A stretch of 63,968 nt of DNA, filler included, from Thraustochytrium aureum (GCA_012862495.1; 9 parts of 6 records of this genome joined end to end with filler, not necessarily neighbours in it), one strand, 5' to 3'. Positions 1 through 12,393 are shown, counted from the whole stretch's first letter. Notes: a model not told the origin generated them from the letters alone. Translations and numbers: made by a program.

Positions 1-327
1 ATTGTGAATCTGAAGAAGTCTTCGCCTCCGCGTCGCCCATTTCGTACGACGGCTCCCAGAACAGGTTTTCCGAAAAAGAATTCGCTCATGAGGCGAATCA
101 CGGCCACAAAGGCGTGACGACTCCCGCCTCCCGCTGCTCTGAGGGCTTCAGGATTGTGGCTGTCGGTACCTGCTCTACTCAGCTCAAGTCGGGCCACAGA
201 GCAAGACGCCACAGTGTGCGAAGAGCGGGAGATAGTTGGAGAGGCAACCCTCGCGAAGCAGCGCGACAACTTTCTTGAAGACGCCGCCCGTGATGAGTGG
301 GATGAGCATCATCCACGCAGCAGAGAC

Positions 328-375
328 ATCCATCCGTCCATCCATCCGTCCATCCATCCATCATCATCCATCCAC
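328..375. repeat. (CCAT/CCGT)n microsatellite
   Basis: Run of catccgtccatccatccgtccatccatccatcatcatccatcc seen directly. Confidence 0.8.
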
Positions 376-1240
376 CCACAAGCTCTTGTAGCTTGAGACG
401 ACGTGAACGCGTGTTGCTGAGACCAAGACCCGTGAGGGCGGGCAAGTCAAGCGCCACGCGCCAAGCCCAGTCCGGCGCACGAGCCCTGTGGACTGCCCGG
501 CCTGTCATTCGCTTTCACCGCCCTCCATGCATCACCGCCCGGGCGCGTTGCCCTGGACTTGCGCAGGCTAGCTCTACTAGTAGAGCTCTAGCTAGAGCTA
601 GCTAGCAGCTGGCTGGCTGGCTCGCTGGCTGCCGACCGGCCAGCCTGCCGAGCCGATGATGATGGTCACCAACGCCAAGAATGGATCAGAGTCCATCGAA
701 CGAACGACGGGCCTACGCAATTGCCGCAACGGACGACACATTGTACGCTGACGATCAGCCCGGCGAAGATGCGAGCATTGAGGAGACTCTGTGGGCATCC
801 TCGCAAGAGGCGACTGGCGTGCGTCGGCCCTGCCTTCAAGCATTTCCTCTCAGGGATGATGCGCGACGACCCACAGTGGCTATTTTATTCTCGTGCTCAG
901 TAGGCCGATGCCCTGCCGCGTCCGGGGCGCCTGCGGCGACCGGCCGGACCCTTGAAGGGCCACTGCTATGGCATTATACCCGTCCCGCTAATAGCCCAAA
1001 TGGCCGACAGGGGCATGAAACGGCGGCCGTTACTTCTCTTCACGCCTGGGAGGCCCTCGCTTCTCCACGGGGCACCCATTCACGTATGACTCTACTCATC
1101 AGCGAGTCTTTCGCCATGCTGACCAGCGGGCCAGGTGGATCATGGCAACAACCCAGCTTCGGCGGCATTGTGCCAGCAGAGCTTCTCACCAAAACACGAA
1201 ACTCTCACGCTGGTCGCCAACGACTGGCGGCACCCGGCAA

Positions 1241-1343
1241 GCGCAGTCGGCCTCAACGCCCTGACTCGTTGCCCAAGGCAACGTTGAACGTTGCCCAAGG
1301 CAGGCGCAGTCGGCCTCGACGCCCTGACTCGTTGCCCAAGGCA
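1241..1343. repeat. 40-bp direct repeat pair (63-bp period) with internal hairpins
   Basis: gcgcagtcggcctc(a/g)acgccctgactcgttgcccaaggca at 1241-1280 and 1304-1343; inverted repeat gcaacgtt-g-aacgttgc at 1278-1294. Confidence 0.85.
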
Positions 1344-2349
1344 GGCACAAAAGGCCTCGCTGCGGTGGCGGAGGATCGTCAGATTTCGCTCGGAGCCTCC
1401 CCAACGTCCACCCCCGCCCGCGTCTGTTCGGGTTGTGACTTGCCGCAACACGCACAAAGTCCGCATAACGCCCGCGATCGCTCGATCATCGTTGGCTCGA
1501 GTCACGCCGTCACTCGCGCTCGCGGCGTTGGAGTGGGGGTCGGGTGGACTTTTGGCGCGCCGTCGCCTCGGCCAGCTGCGTTTGTTGGAAGCCGGAATGC
1601 CCGCGCTTGTTGACCTCATCGACTTGCTTGGAAAGGCTGCTGGCGCNNNNNNNNNNNNNNNNNNNNNNNNNNNNNNNNNNNNNNNNNNNNNNNNNNNNNN
1701 NNNNNNNNNNNNNNNNNNNNNNNNNNNNNNNNNNNNNNNNNNNNNNNNNNNNNNNNNNNNNNNNNNNNNNNNNNNNNNNNNNNNNNNNNNNNNNNNNNNN
1801 NNNNNNNNNNNNNNNNNNNNNNNNNNNNNNNNNNNNNNNNNNNNNNNNNNNNNNNNNNNNNNNNNNNNNNNNNNNNNNNNNNNNNNNNNNNNNNNNNNNN
1901 NNNNNNNNNNNNNNNNNNNNNNNNNNNNNNNNNNNNNNNNNNNNNNNNNNNNNNNNNNNNNNNNNNNNNNNNNNNNNNNNNNNNNNNNNNNNNNNNNNNN
2001 NNNNNNNNNNNNNNNNNNNNNNNNNNNNNNNNNNNNNNNNNNNNNNNNNNNNNNNNNNNNNNNNNNNNNNNNNNNNNNNNNNNNNNNNNNNNNNNNNNNN
2101 NNNNNNNNNNNNNNNNNNNNNNNNNNNNNNNNNNNNNNNNNNNNNNNNNNNNNNNNNNNNNNNNNNNNNNNNNNNNNNNNNNNNNNNNNNNNNNNNNNNN
2201 NNNNNNNNNNNNNNNNNNNNNNNNNNNNNNNNNNNNNNNNNNNNNNNNNNNNNNNNNNNNNNNNNNNNNNNNNNNNNNNNNNNNNNNNNNNNNNNNNNNN
2301 NNNNNNNNNNNNNNNNNNNNNNNNNNNNNNNNNNNNNNNNNNNNNNNNN

Positions 2350-3173
2350 GCCCTTGCTAGGTCGCGGCTCTCGCTTCTCGAAAGCGCGCGAGCGCCCGAG
2401 TTTCGCGCTCAAAAGCGCCAGCGCACGAGCGCATCCAGCCCATCCAGCGCGACCAGCAGCACCAACAAGCCCGTGCCTGCGCCCCCAGCTATCGCAACCT
2501 CTGTTCCCTCTTCGTCGCTCAAGTCGAGCACGGACGAGCCCCAGAAAGATGTCATGATTACGGTGTGCTACTGCGACAGCTGCGGCAAAGCCCGCATGCT
2601 CAAGGAAGCAGAACACGAATTTCTCCCAAGGGACAAATCAGCTCAATGGGTATGCGTCGACCTGCCACGACTCCAAGCGCTAGGCGGCTGCGCGGTCCCG
2701 GACGATGAGGTGGTTGAGATCGTAGGACACGAGCGCTACGCGCTCAACTTTGAAACGTTGAATGTTAACTCGAGGGCAAAGCTGGCCGCCTCCAAGCCAA
2801 CCGACTTTGTCGCGAGGGAAATGTGGGCCAACCTGGAAGCGTGGATCAAGCGCGCCCAGAAGCTCGAGGTCAGAGACATCATGCGGGCCATCCTCGCCAA
2901 CGCCCCGCCGAAAACCCCGACCACCTACGTCAGCTCGGCATTTCTGGGCCAGCCGACCTCGTCAACTACCAGCCCGCGGCGCTCCTCAGCCTGTATGCGC
3001 AGCGCATCGGGGGAGCGGAGTCTGTGCCGTCGGAGGAAGACATTGCGGCCTGGCAAGCCAACGCAATCGCCAGCCTCGACGCCGTCCCATGGCTGAGGAG
3101 CTGGACCGATCCGTACGCTCGGCTTGTTGCCGACCCGACCGCAAGCAGCGCACCGCCCCAGGACCGGCCGTAG
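2350..3173 (+). CDS. Partial gene: CW-type zinc finger-like motif followed by two DUF4332-like helical repeats (frameshift near 2900-2920; 5' part in gap)
   Basis: CYCDSCGKARML...QWVCVD...GCAVPDDE resembles zf-CW. YALNFETLNVNSRAKLA...LEAWIKRA and (next frame) HLRQLGISGPADLVNYQP...VPSEEDIAAWQANA resemble the two DUF4332 repeats. Confidence 0.5.
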
Positions 3174-3852
3174 ATCCGCGGCCCGCGCGCCGAGGCGCCT
3201 TGCGCAGCCGATCGAGCATGCGTCAATGCCCATTTTGTTTGCGAGGACTGGACTTGCGTCAGAGTGCGTGGCGACTTGACCTGGAGGCTAAAGTCGTCCA
3301 CTGTGCGACTCGAACTGTGTTCAGCCGCGGCCAGTGCGGCGCGCCTGCGCGGCCGCGGGCGTCCTTGTGCAGTGCGCGATGCTGATCTTGTTCGGGCGGG
3401 CGCTGTCGTCGAGCGAGTAGGCCTAGTTGAAGTCGCAGTTGCGAGTTCGCAGCTCCATATCCCGGACTCAGGCGGCGTCCTTGCTCGCCGCCATTGTCGC
3501 AGCTCGCGCTGCTGTTCGGCCTGGGTGGCGGCCCGGACTGCTCGCCGTTTGCTCCGCTGCTTGCGTTGCTCGCTCGCCTCGGGTTGGGCCGTTTCTGCCA
3601 GGGCCGAGACGCGGGGCAGTCCCGGTATCCATCCATCCGTCGTCTCTAGAGTCCGTCCCGGCGTCCAACCCTGCGCTCGCAACTCGGACAGCCAGCAAGT
3701 GAGCGCGGTCTAGAGGAGAGCGCGCCGTCGAGCTGGAGGACGGCTGGGGCTGGGAGCGCGTCGGCCCGGCCAGCTGCACCGTGTGTTTGTTGTCCAAGCC
3801 GAAATGGCAACGCTCGGCGACCGCGTCGAGCAGCTCGAAAACAGCAGCAACC

Positions 3853-3952
3853 NNNNNNNNNNNNNNNNNNNNNNNNNNNNNNNNNNNNNNNNNNNNTTAA
3901 TTAATTAANNNNNNNNNNNNNNNNNNNNNNNNNNNNNNNNNNNNNNNNNNNN
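3853..3952. other. Artificial scaffold linker (44N-TTAATTAATTAA-44N)
   Basis: Identical 100-nt six-frame-stop cassette recurs eight times in the window. Confidence 0.97.
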
Positions 3953-4968
3953 AGAAGGAGGCCGCCGAGCTCGGCAAGAGCTCGTTCAAGTACGCCTGGG
4001 TGCTCGACAAGCTCAAGGCCGAGCGCGAGCGCGGTATCACCATCGACATCGCCCTCTGGAAGTTCGAGTCGCCCCGCTTTGACTTTACCGTCATCGATGC
4101 CCCCGGCCACCGCGACTTCATCAAGAACATGATTACCGGCACCAGCCAGGCCGACGTCGCCATTCTCGTCGTCGACTCGTCGACCGGCGGCTTCGAGGCC
4201 GGCATCGCCAAGGACGGCCAGACCCGCGAGCACGCCCTTCTGGCCTTCACCCTCGGCATCCAGCAGATCATCGTCGCCGTCAACAAGATGGACGACAAGT
4301 CGACCATGTACAGCGAGGCCCGCTTCACGGAGATCGTCACCGAGGTGTCCGGCTTCCTCGGCAAGGTCGGCTTCAAGCCCAAGAAGATCACCTTCGTGCC
4401 CATCTCGGGCTGGGCTGGCGACAACATGATCGAGAAGTCCACCAACATGCCCTGGTACAAGGGGCCCTACCTTCTGGAGGCCCTCGACCAGATCAAGCCG
4501 CCCAAGCGCCCGGTCGACAAGCCCCTCCGCCTGCCCCTCCAGGATGTGTACAAGATTGGCGGCATCGGCACGGTCCCCGTCGGCCGCGTCGAGACCGGCA
4601 TCATCAAGCCCGGCATGACCGCCTACTTTGCCCCACCGGCATCTCCACCGAAGTCAAGTCCGTCGAGATGCACCACGAGTCCATCCCGGAGGCCTCCCCC
4701 GGTGACAACGTCGGCTTCAACATCAAGAACGTGTCGGTCAAGGACATTCGCCGCGGCAACGTTGCCGGCGATGCCAAGAACGACCCGCCCCGCGGCGCCG
4801 ACTCGTTCGAGGCCCAGGTCATCGTCATGGGCCACCCCGGTGAGATCCGCGCCGGCTATGCGCCCGTGCTCGACTGCCACACTGCCCACATTGCCTGCAA
4901 GTTCGCTGAGCTCCAGAACAAGATGGACCGCCGCTCGGGCAAGATTCTCGAGGAGACCCCCCAAGTTC
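3953..4968 (+). CDS. EEF1A: Translation elongation factor 1-alpha (partial at both ends; homopolymer frameshifts near 4631 and 4960)
   Basis: [51 protein letters not shown], then shifted frame EMHHES...GDNVGFN...[12 protein letters not shown]. Confidence 0.98.
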
Positions 4969-5503
4969 NNNNNNNNNNNNNNNNNNNNNNNNNNNNNNNN
5001 NNNNNNNNNNNNNNNNNNNNNNNNNNNNNNNNNNNNNNNNNNNNNNNNNNNNNNNNNNNNNNNNNNNNNNNNNNNNNNNNNNNNNNNNNNNNNNNNNNNN
5101 NNNNNNNNNNNNNNNNNNNNNNNNNNNNNNNNNNNNNNNNNNNNNNNNNNNNNNNNNNNNNNNNNNNNNNNNNNNNNNNNNNNNNNNNNNNNNNNNNNNN
5201 NNNNNNNNNNNNNNNNNNNNNNNNNNNNNNNNNNNNNNNNNNNNNNNNNNNNNNNNNNNNNNNNNNNNNNNNNNNNNNNNNNNNNNNNNNNNNNNNNNNN
5301 NNNNNNNNNNNAAAGATTTTTTTCCTCAAGAAGCGCCCTAAAGTTGACCCCTTGCAGCGACGACTGTGTGTGCCGTTATGAGTCGAGTTGCGATGTCGTG
5401 CAGCGCCCGTCGCGTCCCATGCTCGCGCGCGACTCCGTCTCTGCTTTTGATCTCAGTCAAGAGTGGGAAGTTCCCTTGCTTTATCTCACTTTTTAGAGGT
5501 CGC

Positions 5504-7036
5504 TCACGGCTGCTGGTTCCTCGTCGCATGTAGCACAGCCTCGTCCATCGCAGCCTGCACCACCCCGCTCGCCTGGGAAAATGCGCTCAGCGGATTCGCA
5601 CTGGCACTCCTCTCCTCGGACAGGTGCGATGTGGAAGCGGTCACATCCTCGGCGCCCTCGGCCACGCCAGCATCTGCGCAATCGCTCTCCTCGTTCTCAG
5701 CCGCAACCGCAGGCAGGCCGACGTCGTTTACCTCGGAATCCACCGAGCATTTCGAGCCCAGCGCGCTGGCGTCCACCTCGATCATACCTTCTCCATCGCC
5801 GTCCGCTGCGGCTTCCGATTCTTCTGCTGCCGCAACCGCGACGTCGGCCCCCGTCTCCTCCGTTCTTTCCGATGCCGGCGCAGTGGCCGCGCCCTCTGCT
5901 CGAACCGGCTCGTGTTCAGCGTCAGGGCCTGCGCTGAGCTCGGGCGGCTCTTCCGAGTGATCCGGCCCCGCGAGGCAAGGAATCGGCGGCTCTGGAGTGT
6001 CGGGGCAGCCGCTCTCCTGCCGGTCTTTGGCTGGCTGCCTGTCCTGCCTCGCGTTGGCCTTTGCTTTTGCCTTGGCTTTCGCCTTGGTGACGGCGTTTGC
6101 CTGCTGCGGCGACTTGGCGCGGCCGCGGAATAGCGCCTCAAAGTCCTGCTCGAGGCGCCCCAGCTCTGACTTGATTTGCGAGGTCCCGGTGGCATGAGCT
6201 CCGCTGCCCTCGTCCTTACGGCCCGTCTTTCGCTCCATTGCTTGCCGCGTGTACACCGGAAGAAACTTGATCTCGTTGAGGTTGCCGGGGCAGAACAGGG
6301 ACATCTGTGCGCCGTGCTGCTTGTCTGAGGGCGCTGCGGGAGCCTGCTTGGCGACGCGAGGGCTGGGACCCTGGCGCGCGCGCTTGCTGGCACCAGGCCG
6401 CCGCGGCACGAGCGCGATCTCCATGCCCGCGGCCGGCGCCGGCGCTTCGATCGCGGCGCGGGTCTGAGATCCCGACTTGGCAGACTTGGGCGATGTTGGC
6501 GACCCGGGCTCGGCGTTCCGCCTGGGCAGCTGCGCCTGCAAGGCCGAGCGGCGCGCGATCACGGCCTGCCTCTCATCGCACCGCTTGCTGAGCCGCTTGA
6601 GGTACTTTTCCATTTGCGCCCGCTCTTGCTTGAACGACTCGCGCGTCGCGAACGGCTTGGCAGTCACGATGCGCCGCAGCAAGCTAATGTTGGAGACCAC
6701 CATCTGTTGTTTTTTGATCGGGTCTTGCCGGCGGTGCGGGTGCGCGGGCACGTCACGCGAAAGCCTTGGCGCGGGCTCGGTGGCGCCTTGCTGGATGTTT
6801 GAGATTTTTTCTTGCAGGAGCCTGTTGGCCTTCTCGATGCGCCGCTGCTCCTCCTTGCGCTTGAGCTCCCCGGCGGCGCGCCGGTGCTTGATGTACCTGG
6901 TGCGGTTCTTGCTATCTACCGTCTGCTTTACTTCTGCGCACGGCTTGACGTCCTGGCACCTTTTGACGTGGTTTTCGTAGATCCGCGTCGACTCTTCATA
7001 CTGCCACCGACTCCAGTAGAGCTCGTTCGAGTTCAT
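5504..7036 (-). CDS. CFAP97/KIAA1430 (Hemingway)-domain cilia/flagella-associated protein with low-complexity acidic tail
   Basis: YENHVKRCQDVKP...EEQRRIEKANRLLQEKISNI...NISLLRRIVTAKP...YLKRLS matches the CFAP97 pattern; intact 510-aa ORF. Confidence 0.65.
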   Translation of the reverse strand: MNSNELYWSRWQYEESTRIYENHVKRCQDVKPCAEVKQTVDSKNRTRYIKHRRAAGELKRKEEQRRIEKANRLLQEKISNIQQGATEPAPRLSRDVPAHPHRRQDPIKKQQMVVSNISLLRRIVTAKPFATRESFKQERAQMEKYLKRLSKRCDERQAVIARRSALQAQLPRRNAEPGSPTSPKSAKSGSQTRAAIEAPAPAAGMEIALVPRRPGASKRARQGPSPRVAKQAPAAPSDKQHGAQMSLFCPGNLNEIKFLPVYTRQAMERKTGRKDEGSGAHATGTSQIKSELGRLEQDFEALFRGRAKSPQQANAVTKAKAKAKAKANARQDRQPAKDRQESGCPDTPEPPIPCLAGPDHSEEPPELSAGPDAEHEPVRAEGAATAPASERTEETGADVAVAAAEESEAAADGDGEGMIEVDASALGSKCSVDSEVNDVGLPAVAAENEESDCADAGVAEGAEDVTASTSHLSEERSASANPLSAFSQASGVVQAAMDEAVLHATRNQQP

Positions 7037-8384
7037 ACTTGCCTAGCCAGGCCCGGCTGGGCGTCCTCTGCGGCGGGCCTTCGCCACGCTCGCCTGCGAG
7101 CGGGAGAGGGGCGTGGCGCGCTCTCTCCAGCGCACTGTGGGCCAGCGCGCCGTCGGCCAGCGCCCTCCCGCTTCCAGGCAAAACAATAGANNNNNNNNNN
7201 NNNNNNNNNNNNNNNNNNNNNNNNNNNNNNNNNNNNNNNNNNNNNNNNNNNNNNNNNNNNNNNNNNNNNNNNNNNNNNNNNNNNNNNNNNNNNNNNNNNN
7301 NNNNNNNNNNNNNNNNNNNNNNNNNNNNNNNNNNNNNNNNNNNNNNNNNNNNNNNNNNNNNNNNNNNNNNNNNNNNNNNNNNNNNNNNNNNNNNNNNNNN
7401 NNNNNNNNNNNNNNNNNNNNNNNNNNNNNNNNNNNNNNNNNNNNNNNNNNNNNNNNNNNNNNNNNNNNNNNNNNNNNNNNNNNNNNNNNNNNNNNNNNNN
7501 NNNNNNNNNNNNNNNNNNNNNNNNNNNNNNNNNNNNNNNNNNNNNNNNNNNNNNNNNNNNNNNNNNNNNNNNNNNNNNNNNNNNNNNNNNNNNNNNNNNN
7601 NNNNNNNNNNNNNNNNNNNNNNNNNNNNNNNNNNNNNNNNNNNNNNNNNNNNNNNNNNNNNNNNNNNNNNNNNNNNNNNNNNNNNNNNNNNNNNNNNNGG
7701 CCGATCCACCGCTTGATGTGAACGCCACCTAGCCTTGCCACCCGGCCACGGCGCAGGTTGCTTCCTGCGAGCGCGCTGCGTTCCAGCCACAAAACACCGG
7801 CGGCAAGGCGCCTCTCACGGGCCGCTTTCCTCTTGCTGCTTGCTCCCACTGCGCCTCGAGGATCGGCCAGCCAAGCGCTCCGCGCCGCGCCCGAGCACCT
7901 GCCGCGCATCGGCCCGCGGCAACGCCACGAACGGATCTTTATCCCTCTATATTGCCCAGCCCCGCTAAATATGGGACGCGGCGAACAAGGGCGTCTTCGC
8001 CCGCGCCTTGTGGCAAGTTGAGGCGCCAGACAGAGGTTTGTGTCTGACGCACGTGTCTTCCGTGTCGATGGTTGCTGGCCGGCGCAGGCCGCCTGGCTGG
8101 TTGGCTGGCCAGGGTCGCGGCCCGGTCTCGAGCCGGGTCGGCCCACTTGGACGCTGTCCTTGGCTGAGAGACTGTGCGTTTCTGCTCGTCATTCTCGGCC
8201 CCGCTTGGGCTTGGCGGAATTGGGCCTTGCTGCATCTGTGTCGCACAGATGGGTTCAGCCCGTGATGTTTGGTGCTGGCCCAGTGAACGCAGCGACTTGG
8301 TGGCGGCAGTCACCGAATGCGACTGCGTCAAGAGGCTGATCGGTTCGGCTGTTCGCGAGCGGGCTTCGGGTGCTGCGCTGAGCT

Positions 8385-9344
8385 ATGATCGCTGCGGACG
8401 CCGATTCCCACGAAATGACGCGCCCGGCGCCGGACGATACGGTCCATGAGGCCGCATTCGCAGGGGAGGCCGTTGGCGCCAAGTGCAGCGTGTTGACGCC
8501 GGTTGCGCGACAGAATGAAGGAGCTGTACCTGTCGCGCATGTCGTCTTGCCGGAGGGAGCAGTCGCGGAGACGGATGTCGCGGTGAGCGTCGGCGGCCAG
8601 GGCGCCGAGACGCAGAGATCAAAGGTAGCGCTAGCCCTGCGGAACGGCGATAGTGATGGGCACGAGTCATCAGCGGTCGTGGTCGGGGACGCGTACCTAC
8701 TGTGCCTCGTCCTGGGGTGGGCTGGCGCGCACCACTTTTACCTCGGGCGAGTGAAGTGGGGCTTGCTTTACATGGCCACCTTTGGCTGCTTTGGCCTCGG
8801 GATCGTGGTCGACCTGTTCCGAATCCCGCTTCTCGTTCGAAACCGGCGCAAGAACCTGGCCAAGTTTGGAACGAACGACCTGTTTCGCGCCGACAACTCG
8901 GATGCGGTCCAAGTCTCCGATGCATATGCGCTTTGGCTCTTGGGGCTTTTCGGCGCGCACCAGTTTTACCTGCGGCGCCCTTTCCACGGGTTTGCCTACC
9001 TGTGCACGTTTGGACTATGCGGCGTCGGGTTCGCGGCCGACCTGTTCCGCATGCCCCAGCTTCTCCACCGCGGCGACGACGACATTTCGCTCTTTGAGGC
9101 TTATCTGTACCTTATCCCGTGCGGCATCTTCGGGCTGCACCACTTGTACTTGGGCGACTGGCGGCGCTTCATTCTCTGTTTGTTTACCCTCAACTTTTTG
9201 TGCGTCGGCTTTGCGCTCGACATCTTCCGCCTCCCCGCGCTGGTGCACGAGGCGCAGAGGAGGAAAATGCGCAAGGCGCAGGCGGCCCAGAACGATTTGG
9301 AGCACAACCAAGCATCTGGGGAGTTTTATGCAGTAAACAACTAA
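8385..9344 (+). CDS. Triple TM2-domain membrane protein
   Basis: Three repeats of AYLL..LG..G(A/L)H.FYL...GLLY..TFG..G.G...DLFR.P; start may be the ATG at 8415. Confidence 0.9.
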   Translation: MIAADADSHEMTRPAPDDTVHEAAFAGEAVGAKCSVLTPVARQNEGAVPVAHVVLPEGAVAETDVAVSVGGQGAETQRSKVALALRNGDSDGHESSAVVVGDAYLLCLVLGWAGAHHFYLGRVKWGLLYMATFGCFGLGIVVDLFRIPLLVRNRRKNLAKFGTNDLFRADNSDAVQVSDAYALWLLGLFGAHQFYLRRPFHGFAYLCTFGLCGVGFAADLFRMPQLLHRGDDDISLFEAYLYLIPCGIFGLHHLYLGDWRRFILCLFTLNFLCVGFALDIFRLPALVHEAQRRKMRKAQAAQNDLEHNQASGEFYAVNN

Positions 9345-9572
9345 AGCTTCTAAACCCACGCTCGCGACGAGGCAAAGCATCACGCTCCGGCGCGCAGCTC
9401 CTGTTGTGCGCAGCGATGACCAAGGATTCGGCGAGAAACCCTGTTGGAACAGCTAAACAGAAGCCGAGCGAGCTGTGCTTTTGGACAACCGGCCGTTGCT
9501 TTCCGCAAGTTTCAAACGCCCGCCAAACGCGCTCTTGCGCTCTTTTGCGCGGGCGACCCAAGAGAGCGAGGC

Positions 9573-9904
9573 TCACACGACCGCGAGACCAAGCTTCTCC
9601 AAAAGCTCGGACCGCCCGCCAGAGTCAATGAGCTCCTTGACCACCTTTTTCAAATTGTTGATCTCCTCGTTCTCCACGGACTTGTCGGCGTTGTTGGTGA
9701 TCAACTTGACGCGAGACGCATACGTGAGCGAGGAGACCGTCTCCTCCACGTTGTAGTCCGCTGGCGAGATGTTGACAAACATGAGCGTTTTGGCGTTCCC
9801 GCCCAAACTGTCGCTCATCACCTGCGTGAGAACGTTGTTGCGGTACGGGATGAACGCCTCGCCGGACGAGAGCGCCGAAATCACGTCGCCCAGCGCCGAG
9901 AGCG
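9573..9904 (-). CDS. C-terminal end of kinesin-14 (KCBP-like) motor domain, truncated by scaffold end
   Basis: LSALGDVISAL...IPYRN...MSDSLGGNAKTLMFVNISPADYNVEET.SSL.YASRVK.ITN followed by a short helix and stop. Confidence 0.9.
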
Positions 9905-10004
9905 NNNNNNNNNNNNNNNNNNNNNNNNNNNNNNNNNNNNNNNNNNNNTTAATTAATTAANNNNNNNNNNNNNNNNNNNNNNNNNNNNNNNNNNNNNNNN
10001 NNNN
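9905..10004. other. Artificial scaffold linker
   Basis: 44N-TTAATTAATTAA-44N. Confidence 0.97.
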
Positions 10005-11304
10005 GAAGCCTCGAATGTGGCCTCGAGCGACTCGTCGCCGCCCTCTTGATCGCCGAGTTGCTGGTCTGCGACTGCGCCGCTTGACGAGCCCTCCTTCTCG
10101 TTCTTGGGACGCGCAGCAGACTCGGACGGCCAGCAATCGCTTCGGCGACGGCGCGGTCCACAGTCGCAGGCGATGCGGGCCGCGCGGCTTTCGAGCCGCC
10201 AGTGCCTTGCATTTGCAGCACGAGATGGATCTCCTTCTCGTACTTTTCGACTTTGAGCTTGAGTGCCTCGACCTTGGGTTGCGACTGCGCCATGGTTCGC
10301 TTGTGCTTGACCATGTCTGGTGGCAGGTCGCTGTCTGCGGGGGCCCTTTTCGCGTTGGCCTGAAAGCCCTGGGACCAGCTCTCGAGCGAGGTCTGCGCAT
10401 GCTCGATGGCTTCTTCTTCCTTGCAAAGCTCTGCTCGCCACTCGCTGAGCTTTTCAACGAGAAGGACGTACTGGGGCAAAAGCTCCGGGTCGCTGCGCGC
10501 AATTTTGGATATCTTGGCCACAAGAGCGCGTGTCTCCATCGAATTGTCCTCGGCTGCAGCCTTCAAACGCGCCGCGCTGTCGGACTTTTCCTTTTCCTTG
10601 GCAGCTTGTTCGAGAGCGAGACGTTGGCGCTCGAGCTCGGCGCGCTCCAACTCGCGCTGTTCAGCTCGCCTGTTCAGAAGCAGGATGTCTTCTTCGGTCT
10701 CCTTGAACTTTTTGTGCGCCTCCTCGAGCTGGAGGCGCAGCTGGGCTTCCTTTTGGCGAAACTCGGTCTCTTTTGCCTTTTGCTGCTCGCGCGAGCGCCG
10801 AAGAGCGTCTTTGTATCCGGCGATGCACCCGAGCGACTTTGCTTTGATATCGTTTATGGTGGCTTGGAACGTCACGCGCGCCTCCTCCTCCATGCGCGCG
10901 TAGCCGTCCTCGACCTGAGCAAGCGTTATCAAGCTCGCGTCTTTGAGTTGCTGCATCTCGCCAAAGATTGCCTTGACGTGCTCGTGCGCAATCTCGTACG
11001 GGACGTAGGGCTCTTGATTGGCCGAGCTGAGTTCGTGCGGCTCGTCTTTCAGGATGGCGTCAATGTCAACCGCGTTGTGCATGCCCACGAGGCCGCGCGG
11101 CCCCAGCGGCCTGTTTTGAGCGAGCTCGCTAAGAGGGCTCACAGGGATGGCATCGCTAGTCCCCTGCCTCGCGAGCTGGTCAATCTTGTCCACGACGTCC
11201 TTGTCCGGGTCGGGCCCGCCCGCCTTGCCGTCGCCGGGGACGTCTCCGTTCATGGGCAGCACCGCCGTGGCGGCCGCGCCAGCAGGCTTGTTTGCGTTGC
11301 CCAT
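10005..11304 (-). CDS. Coiled-coil protein with N-terminal MG (possible myristoylation), 3' truncated
   Basis: ORF MGNANKPAGAA..., long E/K/Q/R-rich heptad stretch, runs into the linker. Confidence 0.75.
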
Positions 11305-12393
11305 TATCCCGAAGACGATAGCACCTGTTAGCGGCGCCTTTGGCCTGGGCGGAGGCCGCTCGCGTGCCGCGCCGGGCGATTCTGGTCTGCATCGCCATCG
11401 CTCCCGACTGCGGAAAACCCAATGTTCACACAGCGTTGCAAATCGAAATTTATGGCTCTAACGACACAATCTATGCGTAAGAGGCGGTTAAAGGTTACAA
11501 AATCAACGCAATGAATCCAGCGGGATAATATGACCGTTGGTGCCGTTACACCGTTGCGCTGATCGGCCTCTGTCCGTCTGCTGCGGGGTGCGCGGGGACC
11601 TGCCAAGCCTGGCTCCGCAGCAGGCAGAGAGTTGCTCTACTGAAGATGAGAGAGGCCACGGGCAAGACCACGATTCGAAAAAGCCCTTTTCCTGCCAAGC
11701 ACCATCCGAACAGTCGCGACGACATTGGAGCCAACGATCTGCAAACTGTCAGCATGTCCAAACCATGCAGCGAGAGTCTGTCTGGCCAGGCGTGAGCGGC
11801 GACTTGGCTCGGAAGTGTTGGCGCTAAAGGCTGCCCGAGCGCCTCATTGCCGTTCCCACTGTCGCACAAGATCTCGTGCGACTTGACGATGGAGGTGGAG
11901 GGTGATCGTGGACGCCTTTGGGGGGCGCGGCGCGTCAGGCGTAGCTCGCACTTTCTTTGAAGGCGTCCCGTCGCGGACCATAGCAGGACGACGAACGGGG
12001 AGCGTTGTCGGAGCGAGCACCGCCAGATGGGTTTTGTCCAGCGCAGCGTCGGGCTGCGCTAGCGCTGCCGCTCGCGGACGACGAGGACGAGATGGCGTAG
12101 CCTGATTGCGAGTCGGGGGCGGCCAAGTGCATCCAACGTTTCTCCAACGTGCTCTTGCGGGAGAGCTACTAGTAAAGCAAACCCCACAAACAGAGAAGGG
12201 AAGGGCGGCGGGCGCGATTGGGCAAGACGAGGACAGTCGCCCGTCGCAGCTCTCGGCGAGCAAAGGGACGCCAAGGCCAGGGCGCCGGCAGCAGTCAAGA
12301 AAACAGTGTATGCAGAAACAATTTCGATGTTGAGCTAGCTGAACTAGGTGGTCAAGTAGGCGGATGCGCTAGCACGCCTGGCAGCGCGGACGC

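Noticed and set aside
1241..1343. CRISPR or transposon terminus
   Set aside because: Only two copies, and the spacer derives from the repeat itself; no transposase nearby.
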